From a virus, in the IMG/VR virus record IMGVR_UViG_3300042563_002756: DNA of 64,000 nt. The stretch is one strand, 5' to 3'. Positions 1 to 10,102 of this stretch are shown piece by piece. Position 1 is the stretch's first letter; every line of letters starts with the position of its first letter. Both the position numbers and the translations under genes were made by a program. Below the pieces are notes generated by a model. It had not been told where the DNA came from and made no database searches. It saw only the letters and a list, made by a program, of their open reading frames with translations.

Positions 1-26
1 TACTCATTTTTTATCCTTTTTAAATT

Positions 27-776
27 TTACCAACTGTTTTTTTCTATAACAACAGCCTTGTCGCCGTTCCTTATTAAAAATTTGTTATCTATCTTATTAA
101 TTTCGTAGCTGCCCATGTACTTGGCCAAAAAGAACATTTGACTTTGACTAGCTTCATCTAGACTTAATTTGCCTGGGACAGTATGCTTTACATCTTCATA
201 ATCACCGATTGCAATAAACTTGGCTTGTATATCACCGGCATAGGGACGTTTGAAAGTTAGCATATTGTTTTCATCTAATGTAACATCCATTGCACCTTGA
301 TCAAAGAATTCCTGTACATCGTTTTCTTTGATTGCTACTATTTTACTTTGATATGCTTCGGACGTCATGGGGATATGTGTTTTTACAGAGTCTTCGTTAA
401 ACTCTACACTGGTAGATTCTTTCTGATAACGGAATCTCCATTCGTTGAATCTGCATAAATGTCCAATTCCACCTAATAATTCTTGTAATTGATTTTTTAG
501 TTGGGGAGTTCTTTCAATTTCAACGAACACTTGATATTGTCCGTCGTTCTCTTCTCCTGCACTCATGTCGGCATCTAGAATAAAGTCGTAACCTTTTTCA
601 ATAAATTCCATTAGATCAATTGCGGGATGTTTTTCTCTAACACGGAAACTTAGTACAACGATATCAGTATCCTCTCCCATTTTGCTGCTGTATCTGTCAA
701 CGGTAAATGTCTCTGATACGTAGTTTTCTAAATCACCGTAGCGGAGACCTTCGTTTAAATTATGCTGTTTGGTCAT
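27..776 (-). CDS. hypothetical protein (ORF open to 818; preferred start at internal Met 776 preceded by GAGGAGG RBS)
   Basis: Long ORF in track (27..818); strong GAGGAGG 9 nt upstream of ATG at 776 removes 59-nt overlap with upstream gene. Confidence 0.5.
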   Translation of the reverse strand: MTKQHNLNEGLRYGDLENYVSETFTVDRYSSKMGEDTDIVVLSFRVREKHPAIDLMEFIEKGYDFILDADMSAGEENDGQYQVFVEIERTPQLKNQLQELLGGIGHLCRFNEWRFRYQKESTSVEFNEDSVKTHIPMTSEAYQSKIVAIKENDVQEFFDQGAMDVTLDENNMLTFKRPYAGDIQAKFIAIGDYEDVKHTVPGKLSLDEASQSQMFFLAKYMGSYEINKIDNKFLIRNGDKAVVIEKNSW

Positions 777-1290
777 TTGGTGCAACCTCCTCGGGTGTTT
801 CTTGTGCGACTGAATCAACGCTAACTTCTTGATTGCTGTATTTCATTAGCTCTGCCATTCTATTATTTTCTTTATTTTCCTTGCCTATGTAGATATCTTG
901 CATTAATTTTTTAGGCATTGTAATTTCCACAGTCCAAATAGGATGTGCATCAATCTTACCCTTCTTTGTGCCCGGGCGGTAGTCGCCAGGATCTTTAATC
1001 TTTCTGGGCAATAGCACTTCTTCTTTGGCAAATACAACTTGACATCCGTAATCCACTAAACGCTTTCCGCCTTTAGGATCTGGCATATCTGCCCTGGGCC
1101 ACATGAACTTACAGGTAACATCGTAACGATTTACGTCAGGCCCTTTAATAAGTTCTCCGTCTTCCCAGTTTGTAAAAACATAGATATCTAACTCATCAAG
1201 TACTCTCTCAAAGTCTTTTAGTACTTTAAATGCTGAGTTATTCTCGCTGAGTGTTTGTAAGTTTTTGATAACGTCTATAATGTCGTGCAT
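760..1290 (-). CDS. hypothetical protein (176 aa)
   Basis: Intact ORF, same strand/operon context. Confidence 0.5.
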   Translation of the reverse strand: MHDIIDVIKNLQTLSENNSAFKVLKDFERVLDELDIYVFTNWEDGELIKGPDVNRYDVTCKFMWPRADMPDPKGGKRLVDYGCQVVFAKEEVLLPRKIKDPGDYRPGTKKGKIDAHPIWTVEITMPKKLMQDIYIGKENKENNRMAELMKYSNQEVSVDSVAQETPEEVAPNDQTA

Positions 1291-1452
1291 TGCGGTTCTC
1301 TCTATTGAATATTTAGCTAAACGATACCTGGGACTCGTTTTTGGCCTATTATGTCGGGGATTTTAAGTTTGATCTTAAATACTTTGCAGGTTGATCAACA
1401 TGATCAGGAGGTAAAATTGCCTAGAGCCAAAAGAAGAGAAAGGGATTTTTCT

Positions 1453-2172
1453 ATGGAAAAAGACCCTAGATTCCAAAAGAGCGCCGAGAGTAACTTGATT
1501 CCCATCAAGCAATACTTGAAGCGAAACCAGCAAGTCAATATAGTTCCACGGAACTTGTCTCAAGAGCAGTACTTAGAACTGCTTAAAAATCCTAAAAAAT
1601 GTATAGTATTTGCCATCGGACCTGCGGGTACGGGTAAAACTATGCTGGCCGTGAAAATGGCTATTAAACTGTTCAAAGAGGGCATGGTTAAAAAGATCGT
1701 GGTTACTCGACCAGCAGTTAGTGTGGATGAAGAGCACGGGTTCTTGCCGGGAGACCTAAACGCTAAAATGGCGCCATGGACTCGACCTATATTCGATGTC
1801 TTCGAAGAATACTACCACCCGCGAGAAATTGCGAGTATGCTAGAAGATGGTTCAATAGAGATTAGTCCGTTAGCATATATGCGAGGCAGAACATTTAAAA
1901 ACGCCTTCATCGTTGCCGACGAAATGCAAAATGCCACACCATCACAGATGAAGATGCTGTTGACACGCATCGGAGATAACAGCCGAATGGTTGTTACAGG
2001 AGATTTAAATCAGGCTGACAGACCCAGAGAAAATGGGTTGCTAGAATTCTGCAATTTATACGGCCAAGGAGGTGATTATCGTATGATTGCTATGGCGGAG
2101 TTTGGTATACAAGATATCGAACGTCACCCTGTTGTCAAGGAAGTCTTGCGTATTTACAAAGAAGAAGATTAA
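1453..2172 (+). CDS. phoH: PhoH-like P-loop ATPase (ORF open from 1351; RBS-supported start 1453)
   Basis: Walker A GPAGTGKT, Walker B VADEMQN, PhoH-family layout; GAGAAAGGGA RBS before ATG 1453. Confidence 0.85.
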   Translation: MEKDPRFQKSAESNLIPIKQYLKRNQQVNIVPRNLSQEQYLELLKNPKKCIVFAIGPAGTGKTMLAVKMAIKLFKEGMVKKIVVTRPAVSVDEEHGFLPGDLNAKMAPWTRPIFDVFEEYYHPREIASMLEDGSIEISPLAYMRGRTFKNAFIVADEMQNATPSQMKMLLTRIGDNSRMVVTGDLNQADRPRENGLLEFCNLYGQGGDYRMIAMAEFGIQDIERHPVVKEVLRIYKEED

Positions 2173-2178
2173 GAGGGT

Positions 2179-2220
2179 AAACCGGGCGGCAGATCAACCT
2201 GCTCCACCTCCGCCCGGTTT
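2179..2220. terminator. bidirectional hairpin terminator between convergent phoH and clamp loader genes
   Basis: AAACCGGGCGG ... CCGCCCGGTTT 11-bp GC-rich stem, followed by T/A runs on both strands. Confidence 0.55.
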
Positions 2221-2222
2221 AA

Positions 2223-3146
2223 TTACTGAAGTCTTGCCAGTTTAACCAGCGTAGCCGCTAAGTTGATTTCTGCATCTGCAATCAACGTGTGATCAACTAG
2301 ACCTTGTTTAATGACCAGCAGTGCTGAATCTTTCTTTTCATCACTATCACCGAACAGTTCGAGATTGTCATACATCCAGCGATATATGTCTTCCATCTCT
2401 TCAGGACGGGCTTTACCACAGAGCAATTTACGTGCATCTTGGATTTTACCCTTCTTAAACAGTTCGACCATAGCAATCTTATAATCAGCACCACCACTAT
2501 CACCTGTAGTAGGTGCAGCCAACACATTATCTTCTGTTACGTTTTGCTGTACTAAATTGATACACTTACGCAGATCTGGGTAAGCAGTTTTAACATAGGT
2601 GTCAAGTGTGTCAAGATCAAAGTCAATATTCTCAGTTACTAAGATTGTAGCGACCCGAGCAGTGAATTCCGTTTGGTCGGTCTTCTCCACATGAAAACCC
2701 TGGCAACGACTATGCAGTGCAGGAATAATTTTATTCTTATAGTTGCAAGTTAAAATAAATCTTGCTGTATTAGAATAAGTTTCCATTAGCCCTCGCAAAA
2801 TAGCCTGTGCGTTAATGGACAAATAATCAGCTTCGTCTAATAGCACAACCTTAAACGGACCAAATGGGATCATTTGTACAAAGTTTGTAATCTTATGGCG
2901 TACATTGTCGACATCGTTATCTCGACTAGCGTTAATTTCCAATACATCAAATTCTTCAATACCTAGCTCGTTTAATAGAACTTTTGCCAATGTAGTCTTA
3001 CCAATACCAGCTGCACCACTTAGCAACAAGTGCGGAATGCTACCCTCCTTGATCCATGACTCAACCTGCCGCTTTTGTGAAGCATCTCGAAATACATAGT
3101 CTTCAACCTTTTTAGGTCGGTACTTTTCTACCCATAGTTCTTTCAT
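2223..3146 (-). CDS. 44: sliding clamp loader large ATPase subunit (T4 gp44 / RFC small subunit-like AAA+)
   Basis: EKYRPKK, SGAAGIGKTT Walker A, LLDEAD, SRC motif; collinear with T4 gp44. Confidence 0.85.
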   Translation of the reverse strand: MKELWVEKYRPKKVEDYVFRDASQKRQVESWIKEGSIPHLLLSGAAGIGKTTLAKVLLNELGIEEFDVLEINASRDNDVDNVRHKITNFVQMIPFGPFKVVLLDEADYLSINAQAILRGLMETYSNTARFILTCNYKNKIIPALHSRCQGFHVEKTDQTEFTARVATILVTENIDFDLDTLDTYVKTAYPDLRKCINLVQQNVTEDNVLAAPTTGDSGGADYKIAMVELFKKGKIQDARKLLCGKARPEEMEDIYRWMYDNLELFGDSDEKKDSALLVIKQGLVDHTLIADAEINLAATLVKLARLQ

Positions 3147-3238
3147 TCTTCTTTACCTTTTGCTACAACACACAATGATACTACCAACATGCCTAAATAA
3201 AAACCTATAAAAAGTCCACCTATAAATGACCAAATCAT
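3143..3238 (-). CDS. tiny hydrophobic ORF (31 aa) overlapping clamp loader start by ATGA
   Basis: MIWSFIGGLFIGFYLGMLVVSLCVVAKGKEE; TGA overlaps ATG of downstream gene; a second 25-aa hydrophobic ORF abuts it upstream. Confidence 0.25.
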   Translation of the reverse strand: MIWSFIGGLFIGFYLGMLVVSLCVVAKGKEE

Positions 3239-3533
3239 ACCAGTTCCTCAAAAATTCCAAACACTTCTGCTAAAATAATACAAACACCAGCCATTAGCAA
3301 ATTTCCCTGCATTAACCAGCAGCCTGCTCCTATGCGAATAACACTCTTTACAAGGCTGACATAAAAATGTCCCTTGCTTGTGTCTTTAGGTTGAATTTCC
3401 ACGGCGAAACCATCCTTTAATTGTTTGAAAGAGATTATAAAATCTAAAATGATAATTAGTCAGTATCGGTGGATGGTTAGGACACCTGCCTTGATTATAG
3501 TCGCATGAAGAACTATATTCTTTTTTACATAGA

Positions 3534-3737
3534 TCACACTTCATTAATTAAATCCTTTAGTGCAGAAAAAGTTTTGTCGTCCATGCACATATCAAATCGA
3601 GTACGTTCACTGTTTGGATCTTTGGCACCATCAAAGAAAGTTGATACTCGTAAGTATTTTGTTCCAGTTGGCATGTCGATGTCTCTAATCTCAACATAGG
3701 TCTTCATTCCACCTGTATCGCTAATTAATCGTTTCAT
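3534..3737 (-). CDS. hypothetical protein (67 aa)
   Basis: ORF in operon, ATGA-type coupling with neighbour. Confidence 0.4.
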   Translation of the reverse strand: MKRLISDTGGMKTYVEIRDIDMPTGTKYLRVSTFFDGAKDPNSERTRFDMCMDDKTFSALKDLINEV

Positions 3738-4141
3738 CGTAGTGCCTCCATTGTGATAATTTTGTCAATCTCTTTGCCAAAGTCTGCATCGTTGGTAATG
3801 ACATACAGACCGTTTGAACTACGATCAGTCTTTTTATCATAACGGCGTGTTTCTACAACACGACCACCGTTGGCGACATAAACTGTAAAGTGCAAGGCAC
3901 GTTCTGGTTGATCAATGCTAGCAGGCCCGGCACTGATTGCCATTGACCTAGAAAGTCTATTCACTGAAACTGCTGAGTCTTTTTCTTGATTTTGTCGCTT
4001 CTCCCATTCGGCACCTTCCATTAGTTTCTTAAGAAACCAACGTGCTAACACTCCCGGACGTTTAACTTTCTTTTGAACGTCCGGTCTAAAATCTGATTCT
4101 TCTGCGTATTTTTCTGACGCTGTTACTGCATATCCATTCAT
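3734..4141 (-). CDS. hypothetical protein (135 aa)
   Basis: ORF, translationally coupled to flanking genes. Confidence 0.45.
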   Translation of the reverse strand: MNGYAVTASEKYAEESDFRPDVQKKVKRPGVLARWFLKKLMEGAEWEKRQNQEKDSAVSVNRLSRSMAISAGPASIDQPERALHFTVYVANGGRVVETRRYDKKTDRSSNGLYVITNDADFGKEIDKIITMEALR

Positions 4142-4602
4142 TGCTTATTCCTTTCTGCTTCTGCTACACGTTTACGCAGGCTTGAACTACTAAAAGAATG
4201 ATCTCGTCCGTTGTAAACAATTTCAATTCCGCGCTTCATACAAATTTCTTTACCTGTAAACTCTTTGTCTGCATACTCTACACCTAATATTCTAACATCT
4301 ACTGGCAGAATAAGCAATAGGTCTTCAAGGTCTTTTTCTGTTTGATAGACAACAACTTCATCCACATTGCGATTTGTACTGACCTGTATTTGTCGTTCTA
4401 CAATAGTTTGTATAGGTGGATTCTTTGTGTCTGGTCGATCAATAGTTGGATCAGTTTGCAGTGCAGCAATTAGATAATCGCAATGGTTCTTAGCTTCTGC
4501 CAACATGGCAACATGCCCTGCATGGAATAGATCAAAACTGCTGAATACAATTCCTACCTTTAATCCATCTTCTTTTAGTTGTTTTATTTTATTGAATATC
4601 AT
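4138..4602 (-). CDS. cytidylyltransferase (nucleotidyltransferase, HxGH class; glycerol-3-phosphate cytidylyltransferase-like) paralog 1
   Basis: FHAGH (HxGH) motif near N-terminus, size ~150 aa, paralogous to 16421..16903. Confidence 0.7.
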   Translation of the reverse strand: MIFNKIKQLKEDGLKVGIVFSSFDLFHAGHVAMLAEAKNHCDYLIAALQTDPTIDRPDTKNPPIQTIVERQIQVSTNRNVDEVVVYQTEKDLEDLLLILPVDVRILGVEYADKEFTGKEICMKRGIEIVYNGRDHSFSSSSLRKRVAEAERNKQ

Positions 4603-4888
4603 CTTTAAGATAACTTATAATTTTTTTCTGTTCTTGTTCATTGAGCCACTCTGCTTCAGTGCTTCCAAAGTTGGGACACATTTTCATCATGTCGTCTAAG
4701 AACCATTTTAACTGATATAGATCCTGTTTAACACCCCAAGCAATGAATCCGTCGTTGCGAGCGTTAGAGCATTCTGAAACTGCTGCTCTAACCTGTTGGA
4801 ATGTTTCTATAATATTGTATGAATGTTTGTGGCCCATATAGATAGTATAGAGGTAAAAAAAGGGCCCGTCAAGACCCTTATTCCCCAA
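4589..4888 (-). CDS. hypothetical protein (99 aa)
   Basis: ORF. Confidence 0.4.
   Translation of the reverse strand: MGNKGLDGPFFYLYTIYMGHKHSYNIIETFQQVRAAVSECSNARNDGFIAWGVKQDLYQLKWFLDDMMKMCPNFGSTEAEWLNEQEQKKIISYLKDDIQ
4858..4886 (-). terminator. putative rho-independent terminator after GroES-like gene
   Basis: minus-strand AAGGG-tcttgacggg-CCCTT followed by T7. Confidence 0.35.
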
Positions 4889-4895
4889 TATCTTG

Positions 4896-5276
4896 TTAGA
4901 TTCCCGGGATATTAAAGTTTACATTCGAACCTGCTCCGATAGTTTTTCGAATATCTACATCGTCTGGTCTTTCTTCTGCACTCATCAAAATAGCAGTATT
5001 ATCTACTCGGCGTAGCTCAATAATGTTTCCATCTTCTTGTTCTACTTCAAAAGTTCGCGTCCATCTACCATGTTCGACACATATCCAGTCCCCTACAGAT
5101 ACTTCGTTCTGCTCTGGACCAATGGCCCATACCCGGCCCCATCTCGGCTTAACGCCTCGAGACTTTCCATTGTCTGATTGAATTACAATACCCGATGCAG
5201 TTTTTTGTACACCGAAATCCATATCAGAAACAATTACGTGATCTCTGATTGGGCGAATTTTGCCTTTAGTTACCAT
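4896..5276 (-). CDS. GroES (Cpn10)-like co-chaperonin
   Basis: IRPIRDHVIV ... SGIVI ... KSRGVK ... VSVGDWI pattern aligns with bacterial GroES (IRPLHDRVIV / GGIVL / KSTRGEV / VKVGDIV). Confidence 0.55.
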   Translation of the reverse strand: MVTKGKIRPIRDHVIVSDMDFGVQKTASGIVIQSDNGKSRGVKPRWGRVWAIGPEQNEVSVGDWICVEHGRWTRTFEVEQEDGNIIELRRVDNTAILMSAEERPDDVDIRKTIGAGSNVNFNIPGI

Positions 5277-5546
5277 TTATTCTCCAGTAGTTTTTGTTTT
5301 ATTAGATGCAACAATACCTGATTGTGCTTGTTTAACTTTAGAAGATTCTGGAATTGCTTTAGGGTTGTTTTCATAATACTCAGCAATAACTTCTTCGCGT
5401 TTGCGAACAATTTTTCCACCTGGGCCTAATTCGTCCCCTCTTGCATTTACTCTTGCGTTGCCGATAGCAGGCATAAGTTCATTTTGCGTCATGAGCTTAT
5501 CCATGTCTACTTCTTTACCCTGCATTGTTTTATACACTCTTCCCAT
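5277..5546 (-). CDS. hypothetical protein (89 aa)
   Basis: ORF. Confidence 0.4.
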   Translation of the reverse strand: MGRVYKTMQGKEVDMDKLMTQNELMPAIGNARVNARGDELGPGGKIVRKREEVIAEYYENNPKAIPESSKVKQAQSGIVASNKTKTTGE

Positions 5547-5556
5547 ATCTATCTCC

Positions 5557-6111
5557 TTATTTTAGGAATTCTTTTATATCTAGATCGTATTTAATGCTAT
5601 CAATTCGGTGAACTCCGATAAGATATAACACATAGCTTGCTACACTACTTCCACGACCGACTCCCCACACGATTTTATTCTCTCGCATAGTGTCTACTAA
5701 GTATTTAAGGTAGAACAACAAATCAAACATGCCATGTTGGATAAAAAGTAGTAGTTCTTGATCTACTCTTGCACGTTGTTGTTCTGTAGTGCATCGATCA
5801 TACAACCAATCGACTATAGGAAACTCACTGCATTCTTTGGGCATAAACCAAGTGCATTGATTTGCTTCATCAAAAAATGCCACATCTTCTTGGGGTTGCT
5901 GCCACTCTTGTAGTGGAACAAGGTTGTCTTTGTTAGTGTCGACAGCAGTATTGAACTGAACTACTGTGTTGCTATCGAGGTAGACGTTTTGTAAACTTTT
6001 GAGTTTGCCCGAATACAAGTGTTCAAATAGTTCACTAGGATCTAGAAAGACGGCACCGTATTCATTGATATTCATATTAACATTATACGCACCTACTGCA
6101 TACAATGTCAA
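5557..6111 (-). CDS. hypothetical protein (184 aa)
   Basis: ORF. Confidence 0.45.
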   Translation of the reverse strand: MTLYAVGAYNVNMNINEYGAVFLDPSELFEHLYSGKLKSLQNVYLDSNTVVQFNTAVDTNKDNLVPLQEWQQPQEDVAFFDEANQCTWFMPKECSEFPIVDWLYDRCTTEQQRARVDQELLLFIQHGMFDLLFYLKYLVDTMRENKIVWGVGRGSSVASYVLYLIGVHRIDSIKYDLDIKEFLK

Positions 6112-6389
6112 TTATCTACGTTAATAAAATCGTCTAAATTCTTATTTTGATTTGCCAACTTTTGATTGGCTTTGATGTGACGGGTAGACTGCTCGGCTTT
6201 GTATGCTTCGAGTATTACTGAAATTTGGGTGCATACTGCGCCCTGTCCGAATCTAGCAGCCAAGAAGTACTTTTTCATTAACTCGGTAATCTTATTGTCG
6301 ATATCTTCGTTTTTCAACGTAGACAAATCTGGTAATAACGGATTAAACATTATGATAACGTAACTGAGGTACCAGTAAATGCATACCAT
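6108..6389 (-). CDS. hypothetical protein (93 aa)
   Basis: ORF. Confidence 0.4.
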   Translation of the reverse strand: MVCIYWYLSYVIIMFNPLLPDLSTLKNEDIDNKITELMKKYFLAARFGQGAVCTQISVILEAYKAEQSTRHIKANQKLANQNKNLDDFINVDN

Positions 6390-6745
6390 GTGCCGCTATG
6401 ATAATATGCAGGTCTATTGTATGCTGCGTCTGCAACAAATACCAATGTTCCGTTTTCTACATTTCCGGTATCAGTTAACGCAGATAGCTCGCTTAGACTA
6501 TAATTTTTTAATACAATTGAACAATCTACTAAGGTTGCTTTTTTAATTTCATTTCCACCAAAATTATTTGAGCTAGATAGACTTACTAAGTTTACCTGAA
6601 GGTTGGAAATTTCTTCTCCTGTTGTAGACAGTGCTGATTGAATATTAGAAAAGTTAGTTCTAAAACCCTGAGAATCGTTATCAGATCCAGGAACTGGATA
6701 GTTGATGTTTATTAAATTGCTATAATCTGTAATAGTACTTGCCAC
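6350..6745 (-). CDS. small structural-module protein, paralog A (131 aa)
   Basis: N-terminus MASTITDYSNLININYPVPGSDNDSQGFRTNFSNIQ paralogous to 6758..7015; sits next to tail fibre genes. Confidence 0.5.
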   Translation of the reverse strand: MASTITDYSNLININYPVPGSDNDSQGFRTNFSNIQSALSTTGEEISNLQVNLVSLSSSNNFGGNEIKKATLVDCSIVLKNYSLSELSALTDTGNVENGTLVFVADAAYNRPAYYHSGTWYAFTGTSVTLS

Positions 6746-6757
6746 AATTAACTCCTG

Positions 6758-7015
6758 TTAAGATGAAGTGTAACTTTTTAATACAATGCTACAATTCACA
6801 ATAGTTGCATTAGTGACGGTGTTATCGTTAAAGTTATTATTATCAGTTAAGAACACTCCGTTTGTTTTTAATGCATTAATTTCTCTATTAGCAATTTCTA
6901 TGGAAGTTTTGATATTAGAAAAATTATCACGGAATTTTTGAAGGTCGTTGTCTGCACCCTGTACAGGGAAATTAATGTCAATTAAATTACTATAATTTGT
7001 GATAGTGCTAGTCAA
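6758..7015 (-). CDS. small structural-module protein, paralog B (85 aa)
   Basis: MTSTITNYSNLIDINFPVQGADNDLQKFRDNFSNIK paralog of 6350..6745; preceded by TATAAATA. Confidence 0.5.
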   Translation of the reverse strand: MTSTITNYSNLIDINFPVQGADNDLQKFRDNFSNIKTSIEIANREINALKTNGVFLTDNNNFNDNTVTNATIVNCSIVLKSYTSS

Positions 7016-7036
7016 GATTCAACTCCAGTGATGCTA

Positions 7037-7044
7037 TATTTATA
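7037..7044 (-). promoter_or_regulatory. T4-type late promoter TATAAATA
   Basis: exact TATAAATA on minus strand 22 nt upstream of ATG at 7015. Confidence 0.5.
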
Positions 7045-7052
7045 GACAAAAC

Positions 7053-10019
7053 TCACTTGAGTTTATTTTTAAGTTCTTTAACTTCTTTAGATAATTCTTT
7101 AACAGCTTCAATTAAAAGTGGCACTAGTTTTTCATACTTGACAGCTAGATATCCGTTGGTTCTTGTAGCAACAATTTCTGGTAAAATTGCTTCAATTTCT
7201 TGAGCAATAACACCTATGTCGTGTTTTCTTACAAAGAAATCATCTTCTCCACCACGACTTTCAATATATGAATCTGTCCAGTCAAAGCGTACACCCCTAA
7301 TTTGTTCAAGCATTTCGAGAGGGTTGCTTAATGATTGTACATTTTCTTTTAGTCTAGCATCAGATGAGTAGTAAGCAGTGATTTCGTTTTCTGCCCTGAT
7401 TTCACCAACTGCCCCGCTGTACCAACCACTTCCTACTGACAGTGTAGTAACAGTAATTGTACTTTGATATGCTGGTGCCGCCGCACCTCGACTTACTGCA
7501 ATTTGACCTATAGAGCCCGGACCGTAGAAAGCAGTTGTATCAGGAGCTGATTGATAAGGAACTTGACCAGCAGTACCACCTGCTAAGTTTGTAGAATTAC
7601 CTACAGTAACTGTGCTAGGTGCTTGCCATGTAGCAGTGCTCGAACCCGCAGTTAACACATATCCGTTAACACCTATTGGAATAAATGCTGTTCTTCCAGG
7701 ACCGCTTTGGATAGGAATGCTGCCAGCGGTACCACCTGCTAGGTTAGTTGCAGTTGTAGAATTACCTACAGTAACTGTGCTAGGTGCTTGCCATGTAGCA
7801 GTCGTTGCTCCGGCTGTTAATACATGTCCAGCTGTTCCTAGAGTAATAAATGCAGTACGTCCCGGTGCGCTTTGAATAGGCATTGCACCTTGTGAACCAC
7901 CTGCTAGATGAGTAGCAGTGGTTGCATTGCCCGCTGTTAAATCAGTTACCTGACTCCATTGTGGTGCTGTACCTCCTGAATTAACAGTTAGTATATAACC
8001 TGCAGAGCCGATGCCTAAGAAAGTTGTAGTACCTGCACCAGTTTGGTATACAATAGAACCTGCTAATCCACCACCAACATTGTCAGTGATTGCAGATCTT
8101 CCTACATATAAAGATGAAGTTGATATAAAGGACGGACCTGTTGCACTAGCACCGTTGCTTACTAAAACTTGTCCTGCTATACCCGGGCCTACAAAACTAG
8201 TAACACCTGATGTAGTTTGGAATGGTAACTGTCCAGTAGTACCGTTTTTCAAGTTTGTAGCAGTAGTTGCTTCGCCCGCTGCAACTCCTGCTAGTGTTTC
8301 CCAGCGAGGACCACTAGCACCAGCGACCAGTACATAACCTAATGCGCCCAGTGATAAAAATACTGTACTGTTGGCAGCATTTTGATAAGGAAGTGATCCA
8401 GCACTACCACCTACTAGGTCGTCTGCTAAAGTTGATCGTCCAACATATATACTACTTGTGTTAGTAAACACCGGACCAGTTGATGTGGTTCCTGCACTCA
8501 CTAGCAGTTGTCCTGCTGTTCCTGGGCCAAAGAAACTAGTCAATCCAGGGCTAGTTTGGAATGGAACTTGTCCTGTAGTACCGTTCTTCAAGTTAGTTGC
8601 AGTGGTTGCTTCACCTGTAGCAATACCACTTAGTGATGCCCATTGAGGTGCAGTTGCACCTGCGGTTAACACATAACCGTTAGTGCCTAGAGGTAAAAAT
8701 ACTGTGCTGTTAGCACCATCTTGATAGACTAAACCACCTGCACCACCACCGACGATGTCATCTGCTAGTACCGCTCTACCTACGTAGATGTTTGATGTGG
8801 AAACAAATTTAGGACCAGTTGCACTTGCACCGTCACTGGTTAATATTTCACCCGCTGTACCTGGACCAAAGAAACTAGTGTTATGAGGTGCTGTCTGGAA
8901 TGGAACTTGTCCCGTAGTACCGTTCCTTAAATTAGTAGACGAATTAGCACTTGATATAGATCCAGAAACAGTTGCGTATAATGTTCCGCCTACATACAAA
9001 TCTCCACCAATACCTGCACCACCTCCGACAATCAATGCACCGGTATTAGTTGATGTTGCATTTGTAGCATTGTTAGTTTGTATAATATCATCTGTGACTA
9101 TTAACGTTGTTGTAACAGTTGTTAATTGAATTGTTAATTTTTGAGCAACAATTTCACCACCAACATACAAATCGCCACCGATACCGACACCACCTACAAC
9201 TCTTAGAGCACCGGTTTGCGTAGAAGTTGCAATAGTTGTGTTGGTTATAGTTGACGCAGGTGTAGTTAGTATACCGTTGTTTGTATTAAACACGAGGTTA
9301 CCACTTGCACCTAATGTTGCATAAGCACTAGCACCGGCAACCATTGTCAAGTATCTTAACGGAGTTGCTTCGCTGGTGCCCAAGCTGGTAACGTATGTTT
9401 TTTCACTTTCAGCAGATTTACCTACAGATATTGTAGTTGTTGAAACAAAACTTGCAGTATTTGTCTGAGCTTGTAGTAAACTTCCTGCTGCACCGGCTGA
9501 TATAAATGTAGTAACACTGGTTGCAGATTGAATAGGGATCTCGCCTGCTGCACCGTTGTTTATGTTATTTGTGTCTGTAGGGCCAGATGGACCAGATGGC
9601 CCAGTTGGCCCAGTAACACCTTGCGGTCCTTGCGGACCGGGAGGTCCTGAAGGTCCTTGAACGCCTTGCGGTCCTTGTGGACCTGTAGCACCCCTAGGTC
9701 CTTGAACGCCTTGCGGTCCTTGTGGACCTTGCGGACCAGTAACGCCCTGTGGTCCTTGAACTCCTTGTGGTCCCTGCGGGCCTTGAACGCCTTGTGGTCC
9801 TTGGGGTCCCTGAACTCCCTGTGGTCCTTGTGGACCTGTAACACCTTGTGGTCCCTGTGGACCAGTGGCACCTATTTGATTTCCTAACCAAGTTCTAACT
9901 CTTGCTGGTTCGAGTTGTTGCTCAACACCGTCGTGCGCTACAATGAATACCGTTTGGTAATCAGTAGGATTCGTTAAGTTAGTCGATAAGACTTCAGAAA
10001 GAGATGCTCTAATAGACAT
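7053..10019 (-). CDS. tail fibre protein: collagen-like N-terminal region, internal tandem repeats, C-terminal S74-type intramolecular chaperone autoprocessing domain
   Basis: ~35 Gly-X-Y triplets (GPQGPQGVQ...); three ~113-aa repeats ([14 protein letters not shown]...IYVGR...); C-term SDARLKENV...RFDWTD matches the SDxRLKE peptidase S74 IMC signature. Confidence 0.8.
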   Translation of the reverse strand: MSIRASLSEVLSTNLTNPTDYQTVFIVAHDGVEQQLEPARVRTWLGNQIGATGPQGPQGVTGPQGPQGVQGPQGPQGVQGPQGPQGVQGPQGVTGPQGPQGPQGVQGPRGATGPQGPQGVQGPSGPPGPQGPQGVTGPTGPSGPSGPTDTNNINNGAAGEIPIQSATSVTTFISAGAAGSLLQAQTNTASFVSTTTISVGKSAESEKTYVTSLGTSEATPLRYLTMVAGASAYATLGASGNLVFNTNNGILTTPASTITNTTIATSTQTGALRVVGGVGIGGDLYVGGEIVAQKLTIQLTTVTTTLIVTDDIIQTNNATNATSTNTGALIVGGGAGIGGDLYVGGTLYATVSGSISSANSSTNLRNGTTGQVPFQTAPHNTSFFGPGTAGEILTSDGASATGPKFVSTSNIYVGRAVLADDIVGGGAGGLVYQDGANSTVFLPLGTNGYVLTAGATAPQWASLSGIATGEATTATNLKNGTTGQVPFQTSPGLTSFFGPGTAGQLLVSAGTTSTGPVFTNTSSIYVGRSTLADDLVGGSAGSLPYQNAANSTVFLSLGALGYVLVAGASGPRWETLAGVAAGEATTATNLKNGTTGQLPFQTTSGVTSFVGPGIAGQVLVSNGASATGPSFISTSSLYVGRSAITDNVGGGLAGSIVYQTGAGTTTFLGIGSAGYILTVNSGGTAPQWSQVTDLTAGNATTATHLAGGSQGAMPIQSAPGRTAFITLGTAGHVLTAGATTATWQAPSTVTVGNSTTATNLAGGTAGSIPIQSGPGRTAFIPIGVNGYVLTAGSSTATWQAPSTVTVGNSTNLAGGTAGQVPYQSAPDTTAFYGPGSIGQIAVSRGAAAPAYQSTITVTTLSVGSGWYSGAVGEIRAENEITAYYSSDARLKENVQSLSNPLEMLEQIRGVRFDWTDSYIESRGGEDDFFVRKHDIGVIAQEIEAILPEIVATRTNGYLAVKYEKLVPLLIEAVKELSKEVKELKNKLK
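7590..8990 (-). repeat. in-frame tandem coding repeats inside tail fibre gene (three ~340-nt units plus three shorter ~150-nt units; boundaries approximate)
   Basis: near-identical DNA blocks around 8170-8290, 8506-8632, 8830-8950; repeated peptide blocks in translation. Confidence 0.6.
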
Positions 10020-10048
10020 GTGTAGTATCAGTACCCGATTTAATATGT

Positions 10049-10057
10049 TATTTATTA
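10049..10057 (-). promoter_or_regulatory. late-promoter-like TAATAAATA upstream of tail fibre gene
   Basis: TAATAAATA 30 nt upstream of ATG 10019; same variant precedes the next collagen gene. Confidence 0.3.
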
Positions 10058-10102
10058 TCTTTCAATAACAATAACATTGCGGTTGTTTGCTATTAAATCC
10101 TC

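Noticed and set aside
2297-3099. ORFs 2297..2527 (-) and 2905..3099 (+) within the clamp loader gene
   Set aside because: Contained within a strongly supported AAA+ gene; alternative-frame noise.
7590-8990. Possible CRISPR array or noncoding tandem repeat
   Set aside because: Repeats are long (about 150 and 340 nt), imperfect, in frame and translate to repeated protein blocks. There is no short direct repeat and spacer structure.
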